A stretch of 64,000 bases of DNA from NCBI GenBank assembly GCA_002502365.1, contig DAOJ01000065.1, forward strand, positions 7,547 to 71,546, written 5' to 3'. The notes under the pieces were generated by a model. The model saw only the letters and a program-made list of their open reading frames with translations, did no database searches and had not been told where the DNA came from. Positions 30,487 through 40,727 of this stretch are shown in pieces; within the stretch, counting starts at the first letter, position 1; the number at the start of each line of letters is the position of its first letter. Origin of the DNA: Euryarchaeota archaeon UBA106. Its GTDB lineage: Archaea > Thermoplasmatota > Poseidoniia > Poseidoniales > Thalassarchaeaceae. The translations under genes were made by a program, and so were the position numbers.

Positions 30487-31881
30487 TTGCGAGGTATCGT
30501 GGAAGACTCCTCTCGCATAGACCCATGGTCGTCGGAGCAATCAACAGATTATGCTCGAATTCGCGATCAATTTGGCCTAGAAGGCGTCAACATATCTAAG
30601 ATTCCAAACCCAAGCATGTTACACCGTAGGGGTATTATTTTCGCCCAAAGAGATTTAGACGTAGTTTTGGGTTGTATGGAGCGTAAGGATCCGTTTGGAG
30701 TTCTAACCGGATTGATGCCAAGTGGCAGGATGCACCTTGGTCATTCAATGGTTATCGAACAGGTTAGATGGTTTCAACAACAAGGTGCAGACATTACTGT
30801 AACAGTGGCTGACCTTGAAGCATTGGCTACCCGTGGAACTAGCCTCGAAACTGGTCGGGAAACAGCAATCAAGGAATACATTCACAATTATGCTGCTTTA
30901 GGGCTTGATCCTGATACAACAAATGTTTACTTTCAAAGTAGTAGGCCTGAGGTTCAGAGATTAGCATTCACATTGGGTCGTAAAACTAACCTGTCTGAAT
31001 TTGAAGCGATTTATGGTTTCAAAGGCGATACAAACCTAGCTCATGTTCAAGCTCCTCTGGTACAAGTTGGAGATATCGTCCATCCTCAGCTGGAAGAATT
31101 TGGTGGATTACGACCCATCGTGGTTCCTGTAGGAGTTGACCAGGACCCACACTTACGACTCACTCGTGGAATTACTGGTAAAACAAACTGGTTCAATGTC
31201 AAAGTGAGAAAAGCAGGTGGGCTCACAGTCTCCCTTTCAATACAGGAAGATAACTCTGAACTCTTTGGTACTTCGACCAATGGTAGGATTGACCGTAAAG
31301 TTCGAGAATCTATTTTCGAGCGATTAAAAAATTCACTAACTCCTATCGGTTATTCAGATTATATTTCTAATCCAAAGCATGGTACTTTGGATATTCCAGG
31401 AGCCAAAGCATCGGATTTATCTCAGGTTAGAATGTGTGTTTTACGATTAGAGCGAGAGTTGGGAGGCATGGGGTTAATGCCGCCCAGTTCTACATACCAC
31501 AGATTCGCAGTCGGAATGACTGGAGATAAGATGTCCTCTTCCAAGCCTGAGACTACAATTTTCATGGACGATAGCCAAGAAGAGATGACTAAGAAGGTTA
31601 AACGAGCATTTAGTGGTGGTCAACCAACGGTAGAAGAACATCGGAGACTTGGTGGAGATTGCTCTAAAGATGTAGCATTCCAATATCTACAATTCTTCTT
31701 CGAATCAGATGATTCAGAATTAAGCAAAATTGCTAGGGACTATGAAGCTGGAAAACTTCTGACGGGCGAAATCAAACAAATTTGCATTGATAGAGCCAGT
31801 GAGTGGCTCAAGGACATAGCTGAAAGAAGGGACATGTGGGATGGCCGATTAGAGGAGTTCCTTGCTCTAGATGCATTGTGA
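30487..31881 (+). CDS. trpS: Tryptophan--tRNA ligase
   Basis: TGLMPSGRMHLGH, VPVGVDQDPH, KMSSS. Confidence 0.96.
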   Translation: MRGIVEDSSRIDPWSSEQSTDYARIRDQFGLEGVNISKIPNPSMLHRRGIIFAQRDLDVVLGCMERKDPFGVLTGLMPSGRMHLGHSMVIEQVRWFQQQGADITVTVADLEALATRGTSLETGRETAIKEYIHNYAALGLDPDTTNVYFQSSRPEVQRLAFTLGRKTNLSEFEAIYGFKGDTNLAHVQAPLVQVGDIVHPQLEEFGGLRPIVVPVGVDQDPHLRLTRGITGKTNWFNVKVRKAGGLTVSLSIQEDNSELFGTSTNGRIDRKVRESIFERLKNSLTPIGYSDYISNPKHGTLDIPGAKASDLSQVRMCVLRLERELGGMGLMPPSSTYHRFAVGMTGDKMSSSKPETTIFMDDSQEEMTKKVKRAFSGGQPTVEEHRRLGGDCSKDVAFQYLQFFFESDDSELSKIARDYEAGKLLTGEIKQICIDRASEWLKDIAERRDMWDGRLEEFLALDAL

Positions 31882-31884
31882 GTT

Positions 31885-32490
31885 TTATTTTTCAAATTCA
31901 CTGGAATCAAAAACTGGTATTTGAGGACCCGTTGCCAAAGCAGATACTTCTTCCTCAGAAAGTTCTGAAGATTTTGCTGATTTATGTAGAATCTGTGAGT
32001 GTCCATTAGGGTCCAAAAACAAAAGTTCTGCACTTTCTTTTCCATTTTTTATTCGATCAATCCTTTCTAGCAATTCTTCACAGGATTTCACTTGTTCTAT
32101 GCCTTCTTCACCATCTCGAATAGCCCCCCTCATAACTATCCCTATGGCATCAGAAAATCGATTCAAAACACCCTCTATGTTGGAGATATATCCAGTTGCG
32201 TTATCTCCGGGTTCAACCTCTAAACCCAATTCTACAATTCTAACGGTGCAAGAGGAAGATCTCACAACTCGAATAGACATGTGCTCCAATGAATCTATTT
32301 TGAATGAGCATAAAGTTGCTTTTTGTCCCTCTGAAGGGATAAAATCCGTGTGTCGCCAGCCACAATCCGAACAAATCAAAGTCATCTCTGTATGCTCTCC
32401 AAAGTATGGTATTTCGGAAGTATGAACATTCAGGGAAAGGCTATCTTCAGAAGAACATATAGGACATGGGTAGTTGATTAAACTCTCCAA
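31885..32490 (-). CDS. ZPR1 zinc-finger protein
   Basis: CPIC, IPYFGE, CSDCG, NIEGVL, DPNGHS. Confidence 0.92.
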   Translation of the reverse strand: MESLINYPCPICSSEDSLSLNVHTSEIPYFGEHTEMTLICSDCGWRHTDFIPSEGQKATLCSFKIDSLEHMSIRVVRSSSCTVRIVELGLEVEPGDNATGYISNIEGVLNRFSDAIGIVMRGAIRDGEEGIEQVKSCEELLERIDRIKNGKESAELLFLDPNGHSQILHKSAKSSELSEEEVSALATGPQIPVFDSSEFEK

Positions 32491-32499
32491 TTTAACACC

Positions 32500-32907
32500 T
32501 CAAAAAGCATTATTCCGATTCTCGGAGATTGCAAATGTAGAGGGGATAAGTAATAATCTGGATGTACCTAATCTGATTACTTCTCCTGCCATATCGCTTT
32601 CCACGAAATTTTGTATTCTTTCCACTGCCATTCTAAGTTCGGTTTCCACAGATAGTAATCTGGACATTTCTAAAATTACAATATCTCCATCCGAAAGCCA
32701 ATCTAGTATTGTAGGAATCCCTGTAATGTCATCTAGTACTGCTCGGTGTACAATTACATCACCCACCCCCCTGGCCACTGGGGCATCTGGAAAAATCTCG
32801 CCTAGATCGTGGTAATCTTGACCAGGGTCAATAGAAATAGGTGTACTCTGGTTTGGCAGACTAGGCATTTCAATCCACTTTGGTTCTTGCCTATTCACCT
32901 TCGCCAT
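32500..32907 (-). CDS. sepF: Cell division protein SepF (archaeal)
   Basis: LSDGDIVILEM, GEVIRLGTSRLLLIP; adjacent to ZPR1 as in other archaea. Confidence 0.7.
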   Translation of the reverse strand: MAKVNRQEPKWIEMPSLPNQSTPISIDPGQDYHDLGEIFPDAPVARGVGDVIVHRAVLDDITGIPTILDWLSDGDIVILEMSRLLSVETELRMAVERIQNFVESDMAGEVIRLGTSRLLLIPSTFAISENRNNAF

Positions 32908-33111
32908 GAATACTGCCGAGGTAATCGGCCCTTTGATTAATACGGTCAGGATTTGCATTTTCTGTTTGGTTTAGAACATTAGTGCTAATTTCGAATCAGA
33001 CGGAACAAAATATACTAGATTCGATATAATTCCTCAATACGCTCCCGTCGGATTGATAAGGGGCCGGATTTGAGTTGATTCCGCAGGGAACTCTCCGTGC
33101 GGACGATTCAC

Positions 33112-33738
33112 ATGAACGCAGAAGCAGACGCGGTAAAGACCGGAACTAGCACAGTAGGCATTACTTTTGATGGAGGTGTGGTAGTAGGTGCTGATCACAG
33201 AGCCACAATGGGTCACTTTATTGCCAACAAGAGTGTAAAGAAATTATTCAAAATTTCAAACAATGTTGCTTTGACTACTGCAGGTTTGGTCGGACATGCT
33301 CAATCACTTTCCAGAACACTTGCAGCGGAACTGCGTCTTTATGAGCTAAAACGCAACACACCAATGACTGTTCGTGGCGCAGCTACCTTAACTGCAAATA
33401 TTCTAGTCGGCCGCCCACACTACGTTCAGTTGTTGATAGTGGGCACAGATGAAGATGGCCCAAGTGTATATTCGATTGACTCAGCAGGAGGCTCGATACC
33501 GGACGTTTACTGTGCTACCGGGTCTGGAAGTCCGTTCATGTATGGAGTACTCGAAGATCAATATAAGGATGGAATGACCAAAAATCAAGCTCTAAAAGTA
33601 GCCGCTAAGGCACTCCTCGCCTCTGCTCAAAGAGATGCAGCAAGTGGTAATGGAATGGATTTAGCAGTAATTACAAAAGAAGAAGGCTATCAGCAACTAA
33701 CAGAGAAAGAGGTCACTGACCTTCTTTCAAAATTGTGA
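33112..33738 (+). CDS. psmB: Proteasome beta subunit
   Basis: KTG|TSTVG propeptide junction, ATGSGS, RDAASG. Confidence 0.96.
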   Translation: MNAEADAVKTGTSTVGITFDGGVVVGADHRATMGHFIANKSVKKLFKISNNVALTTAGLVGHAQSLSRTLAAELRLYELKRNTPMTVRGAATLTANILVGRPHYVQLLIVGTDEDGPSVYSIDSAGGSIPDVYCATGSGSPFMYGVLEDQYKDGMTKNQALKVAAKALLASAQRDAASGNGMDLAVITKEEGYQQLTEKEVTDLLSKL

Positions 33739-33819
33739 ACATTCTCCACGGCAATTTGCCTTACAACCCATTTCTGGGTTTTTGGATGGGTGTGGAGTTC
33801 CCCATATGAGGTGTATATT

Positions 33820-35736
33820 ATGCGACTAACACTGACAGAAGTAAAGCAACGTGTATCGAAGTTGGTACCTGAGAATATTGACTATGATGTTGATGTCGAA
33901 GCAGGATCGATTGCAATTATCACTAAACAACCAGAAGCCTTTGCAATTGCAGGTCAATCATTGACTGTAAAAATTGCAAAAAATGTTAAGCGAAGAGTAA
34001 TTGTTAGACCTCACCCTGATATTCTATCCGATGAGGCTACAGTTCTCCAAAAGGTCAACGAAATTATTCCCGCCGAGGCAGAAGTAAGAAATGTCTGGCT
34101 CGACCCAGCACTCTCTGAAATAACATTAGAGTGCGATGATCCGGCTTCAGCAGTTGGTCCTAAAGGGGTGCATATCAAAAATCTTAGAGATGAAATCGGT
34201 TGGTTAGTTTCCGTTGACCGTGCTCCGGCCTTTGAGAGTAGAACACAGCACGATATTCGCCGATACAGGAAAGAGTTAGCAGATGAACGAAAGGCCCTTC
34301 TGAGGAAATTTGGCACTCGTATATATCGCCCAAAAAGACCTGGTGAACCTTGGGTCCGATTAACAGCCCTAGGGTCATACAGGGAAGTTGGGAGGGCTAT
34401 GCATTTGGTTACCACAAATGAATCTAGAATACTTGTTGATTGTGGGGCTAAACCTACAATTAATAGAAATGAAGTACAACCATTTTTCAACGCCCCAGAA
34501 TTATTACCTTTGGACAATCTCGATGCTATCGTACTAACTCATGCTCACGTAGACCATATTGCTATGCTGCCGGTACTCTTTCGCTATGGCTACAGGGGTC
34601 CGGTGTATTGTACTCCTCCAACTAGAGATTTAATGACGCTGTTACAAATGGATTACATCAAGGTTTCACAAGCTGAAGGGTCTGAGCCACCTTATTCGAA
34701 AGCCGATATCCAAGAATGTATCAAACATGTAGTTGATGTAAGGTGGGGAGATAAAACGGATATTGCACCAGACGTTAAAATTACCATGGAGAATGCAGGC
34801 CATATACTTGGTTCATCAAGTGTATATATGCAGATTGGCGAGGGTAATTTTGAACACAGATTATTATTTTCTGGAGATATAAAATATGAAAGGTCGTGGT
34901 TATTTGATGCTGCTACAGTTAGGTTCCAGAAGGTTGAAACTTTAGTTATTGAGTCCACATATGGAGGTCCACAAGATTTCCAACCCAATCGTAATGATGC
35001 AACTCAAGAACTCCAAGATTTGGTTAAATTAGCTCTGTCTCGCGGTGGAAAAATATTCTGCCCAGTATTCGCGGTTGGGCGTTCTCAAGAAGTTATGATT
35101 GCACTGGATCAATTATTCAAATCAGGCGAAGTTCAACCTGTTACTGTTTGGCTGGATGGGATGATAGCAGAAGCAACCGCGATACATGCCAGTCATCCAG
35201 ACTTCCTAAACAGAGAGTTACGAAGTAAGGTGCTTAAAGGAGGTGAAGAAAATCCGTTTAATTCGCCCTGGTTTAAACAGGTCGATAGTCGAGAACAACG
35301 GGAATCTATACTCTATGATCCTTCACCTTGTATAGTTCTAGCAACCTCAGGAATGATGACTGGCGGGCCAATAATTGAATATTTCAAACACTGGGCACCA
35401 GAACAAAATAATACTCTTTGTTTTGTAGGTTATCAGGCCTCTGGTACACTTGGAAGAAGACTTCAACAAGGTCATGCAGAAGTGCCTCTGATGGATAAGG
35501 GGCAGACACTTATGGTTCCCATTTCTTGCAACGTAGTAACCATTGATGGTTTCAGCGGCCACTCAGATAGACGTCAGTTAATGGATTATGTCAAAGCGTT
35601 GAATCCAACCCCTAGGAAAATAATTTGCCATCATGGTGATCCAAAAACCTGTAACGCATTCCGGCAAGGTCTTAGAGATGAATTTAGAGTTCAAACCTAT
35701 GCGCCAGCAAACCTAGAGACATTGCGACTGAAGTAA
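33820..35736 (+). CDS. beta-CASP ribonuclease aCPSF1 / transcription termination factor FttA
   Basis: N-terminal KH domains, THAHVDH, AGHILGS, GFSGHSD; follows psmB. Confidence 0.95.
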   Translation: MRLTLTEVKQRVSKLVPENIDYDVDVEAGSIAIITKQPEAFAIAGQSLTVKIAKNVKRRVIVRPHPDILSDEATVLQKVNEIIPAEAEVRNVWLDPALSEITLECDDPASAVGPKGVHIKNLRDEIGWLVSVDRAPAFESRTQHDIRRYRKELADERKALLRKFGTRIYRPKRPGEPWVRLTALGSYREVGRAMHLVTTNESRILVDCGAKPTINRNEVQPFFNAPELLPLDNLDAIVLTHAHVDHIAMLPVLFRYGYRGPVYCTPPTRDLMTLLQMDYIKVSQAEGSEPPYSKADIQECIKHVVDVRWGDKTDIAPDVKITMENAGHILGSSSVYMQIGEGNFEHRLLFSGDIKYERSWLFDAATVRFQKVETLVIESTYGGPQDFQPNRNDATQELQDLVKLALSRGGKIFCPVFAVGRSQEVMIALDQLFKSGEVQPVTVWLDGMIAEATAIHASHPDFLNRELRSKVLKGGEENPFNSPWFKQVDSREQRESILYDPSPCIVLATSGMMTGGPIIEYFKHWAPEQNNTLCFVGYQASGTLGRRLQQGHAEVPLMDKGQTLMVPISCNVVTIDGFSGHSDRRQLMDYVKALNPTPRKIICHHGDPKTCNAFRQGLRDEFRVQTYAPANLETLRLK

Positions 35737-35794
35737 AATTTTGTATTCTCAACACTCCACCAAACTCAAACATAATACCCGCTCCCGAGGAATT

Positions 35795-37012
35795 ATGAGG
35801 TTGGTTGCCTGTACTGTTTTGAGTATCGTAATTCTTTCATCCTCTCTATCTGGTTGTCTTAGTTCCGATGAAGGAGATGATTCAATCATAGAAATCGAAG
35901 AGCCCAGTAAAGCATTTAGTATAGTCGCACCAATTGATACTGGAATCAATGTTTATCATAATCACTTTATCATGAATGAATCCATTCCTGATTGGATAAT
36001 AGAGGGGATGGGTGTTACCATATGGTGTAATATTACCAAAGAAGGAACTTGGCAGGAAAGATATGAGGCCGACAAAGAAAATTGTTGGGATATTATCACT
36101 TCAAATGATATCGTATATTTTGTAGGGACTAGGATAATTGGTACGACACCAGACGATCAAACAGATATACCCATTCTTGATGATCCGTCCGATGGCCATG
36201 GGACTGCAGTCACTGGGGCTGTTTTAGATGCCAATCCCAATGCAATAATTTTCTTTGTCGAAGGGTTTAGTGACGCTGCAGTTTTGGCGGCAGCCAATCA
36301 GCCACTTGTGGATATTATCACCACTTCATTCGGACCAATTGGTTCAATCCCCGTTCCCGGAATCGAGGACTCAACAAGGGTTGCAGTAGTAGAAAACAAA
36401 AAGATTCACACAGGTGCGGCGGATAATACTCCATCTCCAGCAGTACAAGATTCTACTGCGGGTCCTCCTTGGTCGATTGGGATATCGGGTTATGCCGAAG
36501 AAGAAGATGACCAGAAAGAAACCATGAGTGGTTCATATCCAGACATAGCAGCTGACTGGACGCAGTTACTTCCTAATCATGATGATATTGATGGCTATCA
36601 TCAAACATCTGGAACCTCTTTTGCTACACCTAGGACTGCAGGAATACTTAGTATGATTTTGACAATGTTAAGAGATGATGTAGGTGATACTAGAACAGGT
36701 GCTTCAAGTGACAGGTCTGGTTTGTTAGTAAATGGAACTAATCTTTCTATTACCAATGATGACATCAGAGATGCACTTAACTTGTCCGCATGGTATCCAA
36801 GTGCATCGACTTGGGATCCAACCTCTGGTACATTGCCGATTTCCCCAATTGCTCCATGCACACAAGTCGGCTGGGGTGTAGTTAATTTATCAAATATTGA
36901 GCCAATGTACAAACACCTAGCAGGGATAGATACTATGCCTCAAAGACCATCAGATGTTGTTGCTTGTATGGAAACCAACCAAGCAATGCGAGAAGCCTAT
37001 TGGGGAAGCTGA
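35795..37012 (+). CDS. Secreted S8 (subtilisin-like) serine protease, possible lipoprotein
   Basis: LSGC lipobox-like; triad IDTG, DGHGT, SGTSFATP. Confidence 0.88.
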   Translation: MRLVACTVLSIVILSSSLSGCLSSDEGDDSIIEIEEPSKAFSIVAPIDTGINVYHNHFIMNESIPDWIIEGMGVTIWCNITKEGTWQERYEADKENCWDIITSNDIVYFVGTRIIGTTPDDQTDIPILDDPSDGHGTAVTGAVLDANPNAIIFFVEGFSDAAVLAAANQPLVDIITTSFGPIGSIPVPGIEDSTRVAVVENKKIHTGAADNTPSPAVQDSTAGPPWSIGISGYAEEEDDQKETMSGSYPDIAADWTQLLPNHDDIDGYHQTSGTSFATPRTAGILSMILTMLRDDVGDTRTGASSDRSGLLVNGTNLSITNDDIRDALNLSAWYPSASTWDPTSGTLPISPIAPCTQVGWGVVNLSNIEPMYKHLAGIDTMPQRPSDVVACMETNQAMREAYWGS

Positions 37013-37017
37013 AAGAT

Positions 37018-37323
37018 TTACAATACTGGTACGTCAAAACCGTCTTCCACAGGATCTGGTGCATTTTTCTTGGTATTGATTTCGTCTATATCCTCGCTCA
37101 CCTCGACTCGTTCATTTTTTTGTATTGATAAATAATTTGAATTTCCGGACAATGCAAAAGCCAACGCAGCCGGTGTTAAGAGAAGGTATACCCAAACCTC
37201 AATCGTCAATGCCGATTCTGAGATTAGTGAGTTGATGGAGAGTGAAATTAGTAGGAAAAAAGCCAACCAACTCAATATCACCCGTGTATTCCTCACGTAT
37301 AGCCGTAAAGCATTATGTTTCAT
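37018..37323 (-). CDS. Small two-TM membrane protein
   Basis: Hydrophobic helices; C-terminal PDPVEDGFDVPVL. Confidence 0.6.
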   Translation of the reverse strand: MKHNALRLYVRNTRVILSWLAFFLLISLSINSLISESALTIEVWVYLLLTPAALAFALSGNSNYLSIQKNERVEVSEDIDEINTKKNAPDPVEDGFDVPVL

Positions 37324-37414
37324 TAGGGATACGTTGATTCTAGCAATTATGTCTCTAATTATATGCTTGAAAATAATAAACAATATCTTGAACCTTGACT
37401 TTTCACCAAGGTTC

Positions 37415-37852
37415 ATGCAGACCGATTGGCTTCTACTTAGGTGTGTTTGCGGTCAATCATTTGGTTCTCGTCGTGGCACAAAGGCTTCCTGTATTCGGTG
37501 CGGTGAATCAAAGCAAATTACTACTGCTGCGGTATTTTCAGATCCAAATAAACTTACAGAAGCGGTGGCAAAAGCAAATCTACCAACCGAAATTAGAGAT
37601 GAAATAAATAAAAAACTCGATGACAAAAAAAGAAAGCAATTGAAAACAAGAAATCATGCTAATCCAAATACAATACAATTCATTCTTAGACAATCCACTG
37701 ATGAAAGAGGGATATTGACACTAAGTTCGTTGCATCATATACTCCAATGTGAAGGAATTTCGGACCCCTCACCTGAACAAATTATAGGTATGGCAGAATT
37801 ACAAGGAGTAGTCCAGAGAGTGGGCAATGAAGAGTGGAAATGGTTAGCGTGA
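37415..37852 (+). CDS. Zn-ribbon plus putative winged-helix hypothetical protein
   Basis: RCVCG...CIRCG at the N-terminus; C-terminal AELQGVVQRVG. Confidence 0.65.
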   Translation: MQTDWLLLRCVCGQSFGSRRGTKASCIRCGESKQITTAAVFSDPNKLTEAVAKANLPTEIRDEINKKLDDKKRKQLKTRNHANPNTIQFILRQSTDERGILTLSSLHHILQCEGISDPSPEQIIGMAELQGVVQRVGNEEWKWLA

Positions 37853-37889
37853 ACTCCATAAAGTCGACTAGGGTGGCCAAGACACTCAC

Positions 37890-37967
37890 GGGCCTGTGGG
37901 TTAGTCTGGCCTATGCTAGATGGTTTGGGACCATTTGACCCTGGTTCAAATCCAGGCAGGCCCACCA
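37890..37967 (+). tRNA. tRNA-Pro(UGG), CCA encoded
   Basis: GGGCCTG/CAGGCCC acceptor, anticodon loop TTTGGGA, GGTTCAAATCC, ends ACCA. Confidence 0.93.
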
Positions 37968-37999
37968 TTTCTTCTTCTCCGAGTGATAGCAAAGCCTAA

Positions 38000-38761
38000 T
38001 CATAGAAATTTTTCAATAGCCTCTATATCAAATAATGAAACTGCAACAGACAAAGCTTCTTCTTTTTCGAACCATTTCGCTTCCTCTATTTCATCGTCCT
38101 TTGGTACTATGTTTTCAGCGGCAATATCTGCTTCACATTTGTACGTAAATGATAGCCAACTAATACCATCTGGTGTGAAAATCTCTTGTCTTACAATTGA
38201 GTCAACGATATTTCCATATCCTTCACTAGACTCTCCCATTGGATCGGGAATCCTAATATTGATTCCTAACTCTTCTAACGCTTCACGTTCCGCACCTTTC
38301 CTAGGGTGTTCTCCGTAATCTACGAAGCCTCCAGGTAATGTCCAACATCCTGTAAAAAAACCACGTGTAACCTTTGCTAAAAGGACCTGATTGTTGGGAT
38401 TAATTACTACAACCTTGCTAACAACTCTATGTAGAGTACGATAAACAGATTCCCTTGCCACAGGGTCTACTTCACTGTCACTAATTACAGAATCTTTCCA
38501 TGCCCATTCTCTAGGCCAAGGTATATCAGGAGTGGCGACTATTACTTGATGCATTTTTTGTCCTAATCTAAACTCATTAGTCCTATTTACCTTCCAACTC
38601 AACCCCATACTTTCTGCTTCATCTGGAGTTGGTAGTCTAATTGAGTAACTACCCTTTCCTTCCCTGCCCATTTGCGGAATTACGGGGCCATTTCCCTCCA
38701 AATCTACTAACAATAATTTCCCATCATGTTCGAGATGAATGTGATGAGAAATATCATTCAT
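38000..38761 (-). CDS. NUDIX hydrolase
   Basis: Nudix box GGFVDYGEHPRKGAEREALEELG. Confidence 0.92.
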   Translation of the reverse strand: MNDISHHIHLEHDGKLLLVDLEGNGPVIPQMGREGKGSYSIRLPTPDEAESMGLSWKVNRTNEFRLGQKMHQVIVATPDIPWPREWAWKDSVISDSEVDPVARESVYRTLHRVVSKVVVINPNNQVLLAKVTRGFFTGCWTLPGGFVDYGEHPRKGAEREALEELGINIRIPDPMGESSEGYGNIVDSIVRQEIFTPDGISWLSFTYKCEADIAAENIVPKDDEIEEAKWFEKEEALSVAVSLFDIEAIEKFL

Positions 38762-38828
38762 ATTTAATCACGGAAAGAAGAAAGGAAATGAAATAATCGG
38801 ACAAATGAGAAGTCATTGGGAAATTTAT

Positions 38829-39824
38829 CTACAATAACTCGCTTACCGCTTCCCTTTCTTGCAATAATGCTTGGATATTCTCAGAAATTTTTCCTTGAGC
38901 AAATTCGTCAATTTCTAAGTTGTCTACAACATTAATTTCTCCATCTTCACATTTGCATGGGAAGCTGTAGACCAACCCTTCTGGCACACCGTACCAACCT
39001 TCAGAAGGCAATGCCATTGACACAATACGTCCATCCGAACCTTGCCACCAATCTCTCATGTGGTCAACAGCCGCTGAAGCGGCTGAGGCGGCTGAAGAGG
39101 CACCGCGAGCCATAATCACTGCCTTCCCCCTTGTGGCGACTGTGTTTAGGAACTCACCATTTAGCCAATTACGATCAAAAATTTCCGTTGCATGTTGATC
39201 TTCCACCAATGCGAACCTAGGGTCGGGGTACATTGTGTTAGAATGATTTCCCCAAATGAAAACATCCTTTATTCTTGATGAAGTAACTCCGGCTTTTTCC
39301 GCCATCAATCCAACGGCTCGGTTTTGGTCTAGACGTGTCATAGCAGTAAATTGTCTCGATGGTATATCTGGAGCGTTAGCTGAAGCAATTAGAGCATTCG
39401 TGTTACACGGATTACCTACTGTAATGACCTTAACATTTCGTGATGCAACGGAATTTATTGCTCTTCCTTGACCAACAAAAATCGGACCATTGGCGGCCAC
39501 TAAATCTGATCTATCCATGTCCTTGGTACGTGGACGTGAACCAACCAAGAATATTGCCTCTGTATCTTTGAAAGCAACCTCTGGATCATCAGTTCCAATT
39601 ATATCATGGATTAATGGGAAGGCGGAATCTTTCAATTCCATTATCACTCCTTCTAATCGTTGCATTCCTGGTGGGATTTCTAGTAATTGCAATATGATTG
39701 GTTGATTACTGCCAAAGCAATCTCCACTTGCAATTCTCCATAGTAAAGCATAACCGATATTTCCTGCGGCTCCTGTAACTGCTACTCTGATTGGTTTAAT
39801 CGATTGGTCTTGTCCCCTTTGCAT
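38829..39824 (-). CDS. mdh: Malate dehydrogenase (dimeric cytosolic/bacterial type)
   Basis: [32 protein letters not shown]. Confidence 0.96.
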   Translation of the reverse strand: MQRGQDQSIKPIRVAVTGAAGNIGYALLWRIASGDCFGSNQPIILQLLEIPPGMQRLEGVIMELKDSAFPLIHDIIGTDDPEVAFKDTEAIFLVGSRPRTKDMDRSDLVAANGPIFVGQGRAINSVASRNVKVITVGNPCNTNALIASANAPDIPSRQFTAMTRLDQNRAVGLMAEKAGVTSSRIKDVFIWGNHSNTMYPDPRFALVEDQHATEIFDRNWLNGEFLNTVATRGKAVIMARGASSAASAASAAVDHMRDWWQGSDGRIVSMALPSEGWYGVPEGLVYSFPCKCEDGEINVVDNLEIDEFAQGKISENIQALLQEREAVSELL

Positions 39825-39933
39825 ACTATTTCCCCGTAGTTGGCGAAATTATTCCAACCCTTAGCCTTTAGTGAGTAGACAATTCATCTTATGCCGCCCG
39901 AAGACTAATTGGAGAATTTAATTTGGCGGTTGT

Positions 39934-40614
39934 ATGGAGTTGCGCCATAAGTCCCTATTAGGGTTAATTTTGGTATCACTTATGCCAACCTTCTCTATAT
40001 TATTTACATATTCAATTAGTAGTTCTGAATCTCAGTCCCAATTGTTTTTTTTGTTTGCGAAAATATGGATTATAGCTATCCCAATTTATTGGATTTACAA
40101 AATTGAAAATCAACGTATAGTGTTAGGTAATTTTGACAGAGTATCAAAAATAGAATCAATCATTTCTGGAATAATTATGTTTTTAATTATACTAGGGATG
40201 TATGCTTTTTTTCATTCTACTTTAGACGTTGAATTAATGCGGCAAGAAATAGGCTCTACAGGATTACTTGATTTACGCTTGTACATTCTTGGAATGATTT
40301 TTTGGATTTCAATAAATAGTCTCATCGAAGAACTAGTATTCAGACAATTTATTGGAGACAGGCTTCTCGAATTAACCGGCAAAAAAAATCTGACTGTATT
40401 ATTCTCAGCCCTGATTTTCACTTCTCATCATACAGTTGTTTTGAGTTATTATTTTTCACCTCTACAGAATGCTGTGGCGAGTTTAGGGATTTTTCTTGCA
40501 GGTGCGACATGGTCCATTTTGTGGCTACGGCATAGGTCTTTGATGGTCTGTTGGATATCCCATGCGATTGCAGATATTGCAGTATTTGGATTAGGGTACC
40601 TTATCTTGTTCTAA
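39934..40614 (+). CDS. CPBP/Abi (CAAX-like) intramembrane protease
   Basis: EELVFR, FTSHH, SHAIAD; multiple TMs. Confidence 0.88.
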   Translation: MELRHKSLLGLILVSLMPTFSILFTYSISSSESQSQLFFLFAKIWIIAIPIYWIYKIENQRIVLGNFDRVSKIESIISGIIMFLIILGMYAFFHSTLDVELMRQEIGSTGLLDLRLYILGMIFWISINSLIEELVFRQFIGDRLLELTGKKNLTVLFSALIFTSHHTVVLSYYFSPLQNAVASLGIFLAGATWSILWLRHRSLMVCWISHAIADIAVFGLGYLILF

Positions 40615-40727
40615 TTTTACAGGAATCTTTCCTTGAGGTAACTAATCCGTTTGTTTCAATAATCTAATTCCTGTCGCTAGCATCAACATACATGAGCCTA
40701 CGGCTCATTGGAACGAGTGTGGCATTT

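Noticed and set aside
1089-37967. Shared GGGCCTG/CAGGCCC ends at the two tRNAs as possible att sites of an island
   Set aside because: Ordinary acceptor-stem similarity; the region between is core housekeeping and has no integrase.
37735-38318. ORFs 37735..37992 (-) and 37920..38318 (+)
   Set aside because: They are shadows of tRNA-Pro and the NUDIX gene (GLPGFEPGS is the antisense tRNA pattern).
39070-39100. Short tandem GCTGA(A/G)GCG repeats
   Set aside because: They encode the conserved [10 protein letters not shown] segment of malate dehydrogenase.
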